The notes beneath the pieces are model-generated. The model was not told where the DNA came from. It worked only from the letters and a program-made list of their open reading frames with translations, and made no database searches. The translations under genes were made by a program, and so were the position numbers. This document shows positions 1 through 12,189 of a stretch of 64,000 bases of DNA, piece by piece. Each line of letters begins with the position of its first letter. The stretch's first letter is position 1. The stretch comes from Negaprion brevirostris (lineage: Eukaryota), in contig JARDVH010000124.1 of NCBI GenBank assembly GCA_030324005.1, positions 39,714,488 through 39,778,487 of the forward strand, in the 5' to 3' direction.

Positions 1-738
1 TCCCTTTTTTTTTTTGTGATATCTTGACGTTGATCGCATAATTTTCCAGATCTACTTTTTTACAACTACTTTGCCTATTACAATTCTCCAAGCACCATAT
101 ATTCAGTCCCACTCTGCTGCCCTTTCACCGCACCATTTTAATTTTTTTTTCAAATAATTAATCACTTCCTGATTTAAGAACCAATATGGATTCTGCTTGC
201 AGCTGTGTTTCTGTTAGGTCATTCCACATTCGAGCAACCCTCAGGGAAAAGAAATCCCATGGAAGGAAAAGGTGAAGAAGAGATGTGCAAAATATGATGG
301 CAGGGCTGAGAGCCTTCAGTTGTGAGGAGAGTGTGAATAGAAACAGTGGCTCTTTTAATATCAGCAGATAGCATTCAGGTGTATGTTCAAAGTGATTAAA
401 ATATTAAAATTGAATTTTTAATTCTTCATTGAATAAACAAACCCCTGATGGTCTATATTGGGAACTTACCGTGTGGAAAAGTGTAAAAACAAGCCTGAAT
501 CCCACCAAAGCATTGCACATTGGGATGCTGACTATTTGAGTTTTACAGCTTTTGAGAATTTTTGTGTAGTCCTAAAGTAGTCCCATATGTATAAATTCTG
601 TCACAAACTTCACAATCTCTAAATATGGTAAGTATTATCAGAGTAAATACAGCCTACATTGCACATAACTTTAAATCTGCTGCACAAAACATTTTAGATT
701 TTTTTCTCTTATAAACTGCACTCTTTTTAAATTACCAG

Positions 739-859
739 CATCCAGCAATCACTTACAGTTTTGGTCCCACGTGTTTGGCCATTTTTACGTCACACTATTT
801 CTTCTGTTCGGAAAGCAGCTTTGGAAACTTTATTCACTCTTCTATCGACACGAGATCAA
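739..859 (+). CDS. BTAF1: BTAF1 internal coding exon (first in window)
   Basis: AG|C ATC CAG...GAT CAA|GTATGT; reads IQQSLTVLVPRVWPFLRHTISSVRKAALETLFTLLSTRDQ, matching recalled vertebrate BTAF1 HEAT region. Confidence 0.93.
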
Positions 860-984
860 GTATGTATTTTTATATTGAGGCATAGAATGTGCAACTGATT
901 CTGCACTGATTTTTAAATAATTAATTTTTAGAATAATTATCAGTTGTGTTAAACATTTGTACAGTAATTATTTTCATTTTTCAG

Positions 985-1089
985 AGCTGCATCATGTGGT
1001 TGACCCCAATTCTACAAGATGTGTTGAGACATATATATCAATCATGTATATTGGAAAGCAATCAAGAAATTTTGGAACTTATTCAAAAG
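985..1089 (+). CDS. BTAF1: BTAF1 coding exon
   Basis: ttttcAG|AGC...AAG|GTGCCT; SCIMWLTPILQDVLRHIYQSCILESNQEILELIQK. Confidence 0.93.
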
Positions 1090-1515
1090 GTGCCTTTTTC
1101 TTCAATTCAGTGATTGTCAGCACAAGAATTGGCTAATTATTAAGTCATTTTAAAAGATTAACAAGTCTTCAGTACTCTTGTTACGAGACGTTTCTCTGTT
1201 CAATTCATTTTGTGATTTCAATTTTATGAAACTTTTTAATGTATGGAAAAATTTGTTTAGGTAATTCATTTAGCAGCTCCAAAGAAATGTTTGATCATGC
1301 ATTGATCACTCAAAAGAGTAACCTCGCCAAAGGTGACATTTGGACCTTGTGACTGGAATTGTCAAATATTGATTCTCTTACCACTCATACCTCATCTATA
1401 TATAATAATGAGGCTTGGGATCATTTTGTAACACATTTCTATTTTTGACTGAGATGGACTTCAAGGCTAAAAGGTTTTTGATTCACAACTTAATGTTTTT
1501 TTCCCTTATCTTTAG

Positions 1516-1665
1516 GTGTGGTTAGAATTGTTGAATAAAGCCCCTATCCAATATGTGGTTGCTGCTGCTTGCCCTTGGATGGGAGCTTGGCTGTGTTTAA
1601 TGATGCAACCATCTCATTTGCCAATTGATTCAAACATGTTACTCGAAATTAAATCCAAATCAAAG
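1516..1665 (+). CDS. BTAF1: BTAF1 coding exon
   Basis: tttAG|GTG...AAG|GTAATT; VWLELLNKAPIQYVVAAACPWMGAWLCLMMQPSHLPID... Confidence 0.95.
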
Positions 1666-2057
1666 GTAATTTTTATATTAGTTAAGTATTCATTCAGTCT
1701 TTTATTCTTACAATGGTGAAAACTCCCCTCCAGCACCCCACCCCTTCACCAAAAACAAAGTTAATTAACATTCTCTCCAGAGAGTAGTGTTGAGGGAATT
1801 ATCACACCGATTTTGATTTTTAATTCCTGTAACTTGATCACTTCTAAATTTGCTTTAGACAGTATGAAAAAAGGACATGATGTCACATGCTTCCAGTGAA
1901 ACTAATTGTACAGCATGTAAAAATACGAATGCTAGTTACTGACGTGCAAAATACCTATAAACCTACTTTGAATTTTGCCTAGTTCTGTTGAGTATATTTT
2001 AAAAAGTTGAAATTTATCCTGCCCAGCTGTTGCATAAACATTTTTCTTTTGATGTAG

Positions 2058-2200
2058 GAAAAATCTTGCAGTAAACATAGACAAGGCCAAACTCAAACCA
2101 AGGAGGTGAGACAGGAATATATCGCTGGTTCAGAAACCATTAATGAGGACCAAGCTACCAGAGATTATGTTGTAACTCGGACTCGCCTAAAGGCAGCCAA
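2058..2200 (+). CDS. BTAF1: BTAF1 coding exon
   Basis: gtAG|GAA...GCC AA|GTAAGT; EKSCSKHRQGQTQTKEVRQEYIAGSETINEDQATRDYVVTRTRLKAAK. Confidence 0.93.
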
Positions 2201-3256
2201 GTAAGTTAACTTTTTGATTTGGATTTTAAAAATCAGTCACTACTATTTCAATGGAGTTGATGCAATATTTCAGATTTTCTGAGAGACTGTCTCCCAGCTA
2301 TGTGATAAATTCAGTAGGAACTTTGTGAATTAAAGTAGTTAATTGCAAGAGAAAACAGGGTGCAAACAGGTTTGGTTGGTGTACAGAAATCTGCCACTCC
2401 AACTCAATAATAATTGGATTGCTGCTGGCAGAAGCAACAGTTTTTGCCTAGGTAGAGATAGTAATTGAATTGTAATGCGTGTAGATTTGCTTTTCTGTCT
2501 GTACCTTACTATTGTTAATGGAGTACAGACAGATTGACTTAAATAAAAAGATTCAAAAAGCTGCTTCAAAGTTTTTTTTACTACAGTTTCACAATTTGAT
2601 TGTTTTGCGCTCTTTCAAAAGAATTTCAACTTAATGAGATTGGATACGTTTCCTTAATTTTTAACAAAGTTAAGAGCTAAGCCAGAGAAGCAAGCAAAAC
2701 TAGTAGAAAATGTCTTGCAATTTGACAAAGCTATGCGTACTTCCATTATATTTCAACATTCTTTGATGAAATTTTAAGATATTATTGGCCTAGAGGTTTT
2801 GTTACTTATTGGCTTTGACCCAGTGCTACCTCAGATGATGTGCTGGGGAACCTCTGGAAGTCCCAGTGCAAGGACTGCAGGAGAATTGACCAGGAAGCTT
2901 TAGCTTTTAAATTGTTTAATCAGAGACTTCCGATGATTTCAACTCCTTAGAATAATGTTTACCTGGAAAAGAATAGAAGGATTAAAATCATTTAATTCCT
3001 CAGTAGCAATGGTAAGAACCCCTCCCAAACCCATACTGCCTGCCCTGACTAATAACCATCCTAACCCCTCACCCACATACCTTGCAATTTTTACACACTT
3101 TCTCTCCTGTCAAAGTGACTGGGACCTTTAACTTAATGCTTTAAGGAGGCATGGCTTCAGTTACCCTATCACTGCTGCACTGCACATTCTCAAGATTGGA
3201 TGAGAAATATGCCGCTCCAGACCTGTAAGCATAACCGTAGACCAATCCGATGGAAA

Positions 3257-3299
3257 TTTACGTTTGCAACTTGCTCTTAGGGCAAGTTGCAAACGTAAA
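3257..3299. repeat. Perfect 18-bp inverted repeat with 7-nt spacer
   Basis: TTTACGTTTGCAACTTGC-TCTTAGG-GCAAGTTGCAAACGTAAA. Confidence 0.95.
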
Positions 3300-3447
3300 C
3301 CCGAAAAAGAAAGGAGCACGTACTACAACGTTGTGAACAAACTTAACTATGGTATACAACAATGCTTTGGTATACTTTTTGTTTTTATCGCTGTTGTGAT
3401 TGCGTATCCTCTTCGACCAAGTCATTTTTCATTTCCTTGTCCTGAAG

Positions 3448-3622
3448 GTTGCTCGGAGCCCTCTGTTGTTCCATATGTGAGCCAAGTGTTAATTTCATCA
3501 GCCAGGAAGTGAAACCAGCTGAATCTCTAGCTCAACTATTACTTTTCCATTTAAATTCAAAATCTGCTTTACAGAGAATTGCTGTTGCATTAGTTATTTC
3601 TGAATGGGCTACCCTGAGGAAG
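3448..3622 (+). CDS. BTAF1: BTAF1 coding exon
   Basis: gaAG|G TTG...AAG|GTAACG; LLGALCCSICEPSVNFISQEVKPAESLAQLLLFHLNSKSALQRIAVALVISEW. Confidence 0.94.
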
Positions 3623-4313
3623 GTAACGAGTTTATCTGATCTATTATTGTTTTAAATAATATTTTTATTCTGTGTGTTGCCTGAACAGTCTTAGATTTTA
3701 ACCATGTTTCATAAAGGCCTGCTGTTACAAGATACTATTTACGAAACATTAAATCTCACTACCTGTATGCCTCTACTCAGCAAGTATCTATGGTCGTTTG
3801 TCAAATTTGAAATTTGTATTGGTCTATGTACTGTTAACATTATGAACCTGGAAGTATGAATTTGTCATCTTAAGTTCATTGTATTTTTGTCAAATGGGGC
3901 TTTCAGTCATCATCAGACTCCCCTAATTCCTCTGAACTTTGAAACTTCGTTTTCATGCATTGATCTATGGCTTTCACCCTTGATTTTGTTGTATTTTATC
4001 ATACACTGCATCTCTTCGTCTGACGTGTTCTATTTCATGTCTGACTACTAATTTATAATTTGTTCAGAAAAACCTTCTCACATAGCAAAGACAAGCATTA
4101 TTTTAAATTTACAGCAATTAAAATACAGCAAATGTGTTGGAATGAATTCTGCATTTAGAAAATTTGAGCTTTTTAATGTAGGGAAGTCTGGAACCTTGTA
4201 ACTTCTAACATTTTGATTAGTATCATTTCTGCAGGTTACCATTTGCACGTTGAGTTTGTGAGCAATATTAACATTATGATTTTGACTAAATCCGCGTTTT
4301 AATTTAATTCTAG

Positions 4314-4517
4314 GATTGTAGCGTTGTATCCTCTGCCGTACAGCCACGATTGATGGCGATTTTATCAGAACATCTTTATTATGATGAGATAGCTATTCCA
4401 TTTACGCGAATGCAGAATGAGTGTAAGCAGCTGATTGCATCACTGGTTGAAACCAACTGTGAAGTTGGGAACAGCATGAACAATAGTGTATTTACAATAG
4501 ATCAAGCAAATGAACTG
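4314..4517 (+). CDS. BTAF1: BTAF1 coding exon
   Basis: ctAG|GAT...CTG|GTAAGT; ...VQPRLMAILSEHLYYDEIAIPFTRMQNECKQLI... Confidence 0.95.
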
Positions 4518-5637
4518 GTAAGTGAGTCTGTTTGAATGTGGAAGAGAAACATTTCAAGCATTAAAGAAAGACATTGTAAAAACCCAGCTGAAAACATAAT
4601 TGTCAACAAAAATATGGTTACTTCTCCATACCATGTGTTGTATGTTGAATAGAAAAAATATTCAGCATGGTAGTTAACCCTCAATTCCTTACACTAATTA
4701 GCAATTTTTGTTTGCGTATCTGAGGCAAGTGGTACCAAAGTGTGATACTTTATATTGTCTAAACTAACCTTGAACAAAATGATTTGATTATGGCCTGGCA
4801 ATCATGTACATTAAGATGATTAAAGATTTATTCTGATGTAGTTTATTTCAGAATTTTAAATCACTTTATTGCCAGGATTCTCCCAGCCTGCTGCATGAGT
4901 CTACAGAAACTACTTTTTTAGCGTTGTTATCATATGGAAATTTGAATTTCCATATGATTAGAGGGCTGAAGACAGAAGTCTCCAGGCCCTGCTAGTCTCT
5001 CTCCACCTCTCGAGGTGGTGGTGGCCGAGGCCGGGGAAGAGGAAGGGGTGCCAGGCTGGCACCTTGGTCGATTGGGGGGGGCGGGGGGGGGGGCGGGTTT
5101 GTGAGTCGAGAAGGCTAGTGATCGGGGGTTTCCAGGGAAGGCTTGCAATTGGTCGGCAAGTGCACATCCGTCGACCTCTGTACTGATAGATGGGTGCATG
5201 TGCAGTGGCCAGCTCTGCACCATGCTCTTGGTCTCTAGGGTGGGTGAGGCCTCACCCTCTACTTTCAGCCTGGATCAGTCTGAGGCATTCTACGCATCAG
5301 TGTGTCGGAGATTTATGCATGCAAAACAGGCAGGAAATCCCACCCGTTGGGCACTTAATTTTGTTTTGGGAGAAGCCTGGCCTATATTTTAAGAATTAAA
5401 TACAACATGAAACCTTTCTTTAATACGTTCAGTATTGCTAGGTGATTTTTATTTCTCAAATATTGAGATAGTTTGCTTTCAAGTGGTCTTCATAAGTCTT
5501 CATACCTTTATGCCAAATACATAACAGGTTTTCTTGTTTGGCTGACAAGGTAAACACAAAGAAAATTGTGCTAAAGCAAAATGGTGAATAAACTGCTTTT
5601 GATGGAAAAAGTTGGATAGTATTTGTTGAAAAGCAGT

Positions 5638-5763
5638 GGCTGGAATTTTCTGACCGTTCACCCCTCACTGTCACTGCAAGCAATCTCAGAATTCGGTGCT
5701 CGGCTGTTCACTGCAGCTGGACAAAAGAATACCTCTGGTGTGAACAGTCATAAAATTCCAGCC
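5638..5763. mobile_element. 126-bp MITE, PIF/Harbinger-like
   Basis: TIRs GGCTGGAATTTTCTGAC / GTCATAAAATTCCAGCC (16/17 match); AGT on both flanks (3-bp TSD-like). Confidence 0.75.
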
Positions 5764-5934
5764 AGTTTGTCAAACCTACTATTAGAATTGCGAATCTACA
5801 CGGTAAATTTTTAAAATCCTAGGCTGGTAAAGTGGGTTTTAAAAATTTAATTTGGAACACGTTTTTTGTGGTTTTAGTATCAAACTAATTTTTTTTTAAA
5901 TTTCTAATGTTTTAAAATTTTATTAAATTTGAAG

Positions 5935-6361
5935 GTTACAACGATATTCCATGAAGTGACATCAGCCTGTAGTTTGAAGCCTAACGTGATTCAACAATTG
6001 GAGAGTAAACGCCAGCAGGTCCAAATGACTATAGCAGAGACAAATCAAGAATGGCAAACTCTTCATCTAAGGGTTCATATGTTTGCTGCTTGTGCAGTAG
6101 TTGATTTACAGCAACTTGCAGAAAAACTGAATCCTGTCATAAAACCCTTGATGGAAGGAGTGAAGAAGGAGGAAAATGTGCTTGTGCAGAATTATGCAGC
6201 TTCTTGCATTGCTAAGCTGCTCCAGCAATGTACAACCAGGTCTCCTTGTCCCAATCCTAAAATTGTGAAAAATCTTTGTAACTCAGTATGTGTGGACTCC
6301 ACAGTTACTCCTTCTGCAACCTCCCCAGTACCCATGTCTAACAGTGTGGACAACCCTAAAG
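5935..6361 (+). CDS. BTAF1: BTAF1 coding exon
   Basis: gaAG|GTT...AAA G|GTAATT; ...KLNPVIKPLMEGVKKEENVLVQNYAA...PCPNPKIVKNLC. Confidence 0.95.
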
Positions 6362-6851
6362 GTAATTGGGACCCCAAGGCAAAGATCACTGTTAATACAT
6401 AGAAAACTTCAATAAGCAATGAGTCAGTTAAACTTGTAAAAAAAATACAATAATAACTTTCATTTTACTGCGTAACTTCACGGTGCTGCTTATGAATGAG
6501 GGGGAAAAATGATTCTCTCAGCCTGTGTGAGTTAAGAATACTTAGTTTTTAGTCTAGCTTGATTAAAAAAGGTGCACTGACATTCTGCTTTGCATAAAAG
6601 CACATTTTCAAATCCATTTCAAAATCACTAAGCTAATGTATTTACTTTATAAAATGCCTTTGAAAAGTTGGTGAAAAATTGTAACAACTCAAATTTATAA
6701 TACAGAATTTTAAAAGTGCATTCACAAAAACTATTGCAAGTGTTTTATAAACAAATTTCTATTATCTTTGCTGTTGATTTAGATTCAGCCTGTTTAAAAT
6801 CTATTTCAGTATAAGGAATATTAACTAATCCATTACATGGTTTCTTCTAAG

Positions 6852-7042
6852 GACCAAATTCTGAAAAAGATGGAATGCATCACGCTGTAAATAAGACTAG
6901 AGGAATCATCACACTTTATAGGCTTCAGCAAGCTGCTTTTGCTCTAACAAGTAGGCGGGGACCAACGCCTAAAGCACTCAAGGGCTCATCGGCAGACATT
7001 CCTCAGGGGAGTGCAGGGATTAGTTTGTGTGAGCATGATGAG
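6852..7042 (+). CDS. BTAF1: BTAF1 coding exon
   Basis: taAG|GA CCA...GAG|GTAAGT; SEKDGMHHAVNKTRGIITLYRLQQAAFALTSRRGPTPKA. Confidence 0.93.
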
Positions 7043-7557
7043 GTAAGTACCTAATTACAGATGAAATGTAATACAGTTTAAGCTAGTCAAGTGTGTATTT
7101 GTTGCCTGATAAGATAATCACTTGCCCTACCAGCTTGCATTTTTCTTGGCACTTGGATTATATAAATTGACATATACTGATTAAGTTTCTTGACTTTTAT
7201 TTCTGCCTTGAAGCTTGAAGCGCTACACCATTTGATAGCAGCTCCCACTGATGGCATGATTTAGATTTTACTCCCATTGACATTGAGTGGGTGGAGAACC
7301 TAGCCCTTAATGCATTTATCCAGTGAGTCACTAAGCTTACAGATCAGAAAAGTCCTTGGTTCAATTTACAATTATGCACTAAATTAATTTCAACGGGAAA
7401 AGGAGTTGGCCCAGTATAGAGAGGAGAAAATCGCCCTGCTTCTTTTGTGCTTTCATTTAAAATGTTGGCTGAATTTTATAGAATGAATAAAAAGATTAAA
7501 TTAATTTGTGGCTATTTTATCTCAATATTGAGGGAGCAACTTTTAATTGTTTTGCAG

Positions 7558-7711
7558 GCCCAGAAACCAAACTTGATTCAGAGAAGAGGAGCTGAATATG
7601 CACTTACTACTATAGGAAGACACTTTGGTGCTGAAATGGCCACAGCGCTGCCTTATCTATGGGATTCCATGATTGGGCTGCTGAGAAGTCACGTAGATGT
7701 GCAGAACTTCA
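7558..7711 (+). CDS. BTAF1: BTAF1 coding exon
   Basis: gcAG|GCC...TTC A|GTGTGT; AQKPNLIQRRGAEYALTTIGRHFGAEMATALPYLWDSM; phase 1 fits next exon. Confidence 0.9.
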
Positions 7712-7908
7712 GTGTGTACTTCATCCTGTATACTTTACATTGNNNNNNNNNNNNNNNNNNNNNNNNNNNNNNNNNNNNNNNNNNNNNNNNNNNNNNNNNN
7801 NNNNNNNNNNNNNNNNNNNNNNNNNNNNNNNNNNNNNNNNNNTGTATACTTTACATTGTAATATAAATCTGTTTTGTATGAGAAAGTGACTTATTTGCTT
7901 TTTTACAG

Positions 7909-8018
7909 ATGGAAACGTGGTGCTTGAAAAAGGAGATGTTGCTGCTCAGGAGTTAGTAAACTCGTTGCAGGTACTAGAAATTACAGCAGCAGCAATGGGC
8001 TCTGATATCCATGCGCAG
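7909..8018 (+). CDS. BTAF1: BTAF1 coding exon
   Basis: acAG|AT GGA...CAG|GTTTGT; GNVVLEKGDVAAQELVNSLQVLEITAAAMGSDIHAQ. Confidence 0.92.
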
Positions 8019-8382
8019 GTTTGTTAAAGGTTATTTATGCTGAAAGATAATGCAAAGTTTTTTTAATGCATTTACAAATAACTTGTGTCATCCTATCCTC
8101 AATATATTTGAGCTTGTATTTTTTATAACTTTGTTAAATTATTTGTGTGCCAGAAATTAAAATGTATTTATGAAATTAATATACAGAGCATTTTAGTTTT
8201 CAAGCAAAGAGATGAGTTGTTTGTAGAACTGCTTGATTTAAGTATTTAATTTTGAAATTGATTTCCTATTGCCTAGATATGATTTTGGTACGGCAATACC
8301 TTTGTACTTTTAAAATCAATGCTTTTAAATTCTGAATTTGAATTGTAGCAGACCAGGCTGAGCCTTTTTTTTCCCTTTTCAG

Positions 8383-8584
8383 CTATTGCAGCATCTTCCA
8401 CATCTATGCACTTGTTTGCGACATCCATATACTGCAGTGAGGCACATGGCTGCTAGATGTGTGGGTGTTATGAGCAAAATAGCTACAATGGAAACTATGA
8501 GCATTTTTCTGGAGAAAGTTCTTCCTTGGCTAGGAGCAATTGATGATAACACAAGGCAAGAAGGAGCAATTGAAGCATTAGCCT
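8383..8584 (+). CDS. BTAF1: BTAF1 coding exon preceding the U12 intron
   Basis: tcAG|CTA...GCC T|GTATCCTT; TAVRHMAARCVGVMSKIATMETM...QEGAIEALA. Confidence 0.95.
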
Positions 8585-9860
8585 GTATCCTTAACATTAA
8601 GATTCTTATGTTATAGCAGTACAAACAGCTTGTTCTTCCTTAATTGTTCGGCTGTGTTTTCTGCGTATTTAGCCTGTATTCTGTTATCTGTCCATCCTGT
8701 TGATGCTTAAATGTTTTGTGCTGGGAAAAACAAGCTGCAAATGATGTGCTGCAGTATCCAGATCAATCAGTAGCCTCCGCTCCCTCGCTCACGACTGAGT
8801 GAATAACTTCAAGGATCTGAAACCTCCCCTATTGGGAGGCCACCTCCCAATCGCCCGTCTGTCGTGGGGCTCAGAAACTTGGTGAATGACTTCAAGTTGA
8901 CATTGTGTCCCCAGTGGGGATGATTTGCCAGGTCTTCGTTTGTTAGGACCAGTTGTAAACCCTGAAAATGTGATGTCCTGTTGGCAGAGTGAGAGGAGTT
9001 CTGGCATGGGGGGATAATGCAGCAGGGAGGCCAACTAAAGACGTTCAAATTTTTGGTAATGGGATTCCAGACCTTTCATGACAGGAACCCAGTTACATCA
9101 TAGGGAGAGGCGGGGACTTTCTCAATGGACAATCTGCTGGCATAAATGCTGTTTTGGGACACCCATTGGATTCTCTGCCCCACTTTGGCTTTCCTGAAAA
9201 TTCACCCCAGTGTAATTATTCAGCATCTGTAAACCTGTGGTGAGTAAAAAGATACTGGCAACAATTCTCCTGAATCATCGCAAGTGTCCACGCTAGTGGG
9301 AAAACTGTAGTGTTTCCCACTGGTGTTAGCAGCAGCTATGTGGTACGTTTCTCCCACCTAATCAATGCAAATTTATGCATCGCGAAACACCCCTGCCAGC
9401 CCAGCTGTTCAGAGATTCGGATTTCCTTTTTAAGGGGCCCCCTAATCTCCATGCTGATGGGCAGGGTCCCCCTGCTCTACTGACCAGGGAAGCGCCACCA
9501 ACCCTCATCAGAGGGGTAGCCTCCCTCAGGACCCCCAGGGCATATAATGGCACGATAATGAATGACAGGTCAGATGATTGGACAGAATATAAAGAACAGC
9601 ATAATGAGGTGAAAGAAATTGGGACTGAGAGGAATGCCAGCTAGAAATGTAGAAATGGATTTAAGTAAGTAAGATCCTGAACAGTCTTGACAGTGTGGAT
9701 GTGGCATTGTTTTAAAATTAGGGGTTACCCTTTTTGGATGACAATTTTTTGAGGGCTGTGCAAGGTTTTTCTTTTAATTATTGGAGTTGGCTTTTTTAAA
9801 AAAAATAACCTGATGCTTTAGGCAATCGAAAAGAAAAGCTTCCTTAACACAGATTTACAG
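8585..9860 (+). other. BTAF1: U12-type (minor spliceosome) GT-AG intron of BTAF1
   Basis: 5' splice site GTATCCTT; branch site TTCCTTAAC at 9840-9848, 12 nt before the acceptor end; no polypyrimidine tract; joining T|GT restores the Cys codon. Confidence 0.93.
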
Positions 9861-10009
9861 GTATAATGGAGCAACTTGATGTAGATATCATCCCGTACAT
9901 AGTCCTGCTAGTGGTGCCTGTACTGGGCAGGATGAGTGACCAAACAGATAGTGTCCGTTTTATGGCTACTCAGTGCTTTGCAACATTGATTAGGTTAATG
10001 CCACTCGAG
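9861..10009 (+). CDS. BTAF1: BTAF1 coding exon
   Basis: acAG|GT ATA ATG...GAG|GTAAGT; MEQLDVDIIPYIVLLVVPVLGRMSDQTDSVRFMATQCFATLIRLMPLE. Confidence 0.96.
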
Positions 10010-10489
10010 GTAAGTTTTGAAAAGTTGTATATTTGGCAGCTGTCAATACAAATTGCATGCCAAAAAGAATTAAACAAATCCCTTGGTCTGGTGTGGTTGA
10101 GCTGCTGAGTAAATTTCATTAGTTAAGACTTTTTAAGATGTCCATTTGTAATTAATTCAAACAAATTTCCTTTAAATTCAAATAAATTTTTTGAGTTGTA
10201 GTATATTGTACAATGATACGCCTAAAGATTAAGTTATGCATGTGTGACATTTTACAAGTGGGCGAAACAGAATTCTGAAATTATACAATAGCTTTAAGTT
10301 TTAAGTATAAATCCATGGTCAGAATTTTCCCAACAAATGACTATCATTTTGGGTGAGAAAACTGTGTAATTTGAGCTGACATGTCCAGCAACAATCAGAT
10401 TGCAATTTTCCCAGTCATGTTTTGGGAGAGGGATGATTTTGAGGAGTGTGGCCTAAATATGCTGGCATGCCCAGTTACAAAGCACTTAA

Positions 10490-11340
10490 GCAGTGAGCAG
10501 TGATTTAACTTTTTTTCAATACTAATAACCCCCAGGATGTTGATTAGTGGGGGATTCAGAAATAGTAATTCCATTAAACGCCATTGGCCATTGACTGGCA
10601 CTTAAGTGGCTGGCAACATTCGTGCCACACATCAGCCCAAACATGAATGTTGTCTAGGTCTAGCTGCTTATGTACATGGACTGCTGCAGTATCTGAGGAG
10701 TCGCGAATGGTGCTAAAGATTGTGCAGTTGTCAATTAGTGAACATCCCTACTTCTGACCTGAGGCTGGAGGGGCCACTGATGAAGCAGCTGAAGATGGTT
10801 GTGCCTGGAGACTACCCTGAGGAACTTCTGCAGTGATAACCTGGGATTGAGATTGACTTCCAACAACTGCAAACATCTTTGCTAGATATGACTTGAACCA
10901 GTGGAGAAATTTCCTGATTCCGCATTGATTTGCTAACGGCTTCTTGATGCCAAATGCTCCCTTGCTGTCAACCTTACCAAACCCCTGCAGTTCAGCTGTT
11001 TTGTCGATATTTGTAATAAGGCTGAAATGGGATCAGGAGTGGAGTGGCCCTGGTGGAAGCCAAACTGAAGTAATTGATTATTGTTGAGAGAGTGCCACTT
11101 AATCAGCTGAGGGTGGCTGCTGGATGGTAATCAGCAGGAGGTTTCCTTGCCAGTGTTTAACCTGATACCATGGGGTTCTGAGTCGTGTTGAGAACTTTCA
11201 AGCAATTCCTTTGAGTGCTGCCACCTCTGGTCTTTTCCCCTCAGTAGGATAAGACATACTGTGAAATGATGATGTTTGGGCTGTAGTCATACTCATAGAA
11301 CCACACCTTCCAGACAAGTCACTTTGTTGCTTGACTGACT
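10490..11340 (-). mobile_element. Decayed CR1-like LINE fragment
   Basis: Reverse strand reads RSEVGMF...CTIFSTIRDSSDTAAV (RT region); homologous to the + copy at 16191-17467. Confidence 0.7.
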
Positions 11341-11454
11341 CTGCTCAGAATTTAAAATTTCAAATATGAATGACTACAATTTGAATAAAGAATTTGCTTT
11401 TCAAACTCTTATCTCTTAATTTGATGCTTTGCAATAAGGATTATTCTTTACAAA

Positions 11455-11745
11455 GAACAACACAGCACAAGAATCAGGCCCAATGAGCCCACACCACCAT
11501 CTTAACAAAGCATTTTCCTACACCTACCTTGACCCATGTGTATGCATATGGTACTCCCATTGGAAACCAGATTCAGGGGAGAATAATTTAGGGACAATTT
11601 GTTACACGAATCAGCCTAAGAGCACATCTTTGGGGTGTGGGAGGAAACGCACGCAACCACAGGGAGAATGCACAAACTCCCACAGACACTGGCCCAAATC
11701 CATGTATCTGCACAGCTAGCAGTGATAGTCACTGAGCTGTTGTGG
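11455..11745 (-). mobile_element. tRNA-headed SINE (HE1/V-SINE-like), decayed
   Basis: Reverse complement shares the gtctgtgtggagtttgcacattctccc core with the copies at 24715 and 60640. Confidence 0.65.
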
Positions 11746-12189
11746 TGCCCATCTGCTGGTCCAGTTTTAAGTGCACACACGACGTGAAGTACTTGGCCAC
11801 TCTCGAAACATCCAAGAGCAGTCCACGCACGACCCACCGTGTACATGCCCCTCGTTAGACAATAAGGTGGACCGACACACCTGCGGAGTAACGTATACTG
11901 AAGTAACGTATAAAAACATACTTAGTGATCAGAATTGCTTTTGAAGGAGAAGGTAGAATGAATTGATGATCAAACATCTTGCATATAGAACATGATATTT
12001 TGCAGGATGGGGCAAATTTTAAATCATACAATATGCAAGTTTCTCAATCTTGCCCAATACTGGCATCAAGTTCTCCAGTTTCAGTCATAGTATAACGAGA
12101 TGCAGGGTAAAATTACATTTGCGTTGTACCAGCAAATATAAGTTAGCTGAAACCCCAGTCTTGTATTACATAATGTAACCAGTATGAAT

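Noticed and set aside
7727-7858. Direct repeats flanking 100-N gaps (also at 16951-17090 and 36907-37036)
   Set aside because: Identical sequence on both sides of fixed-size gaps indicates unmerged contig overlaps, not biology.
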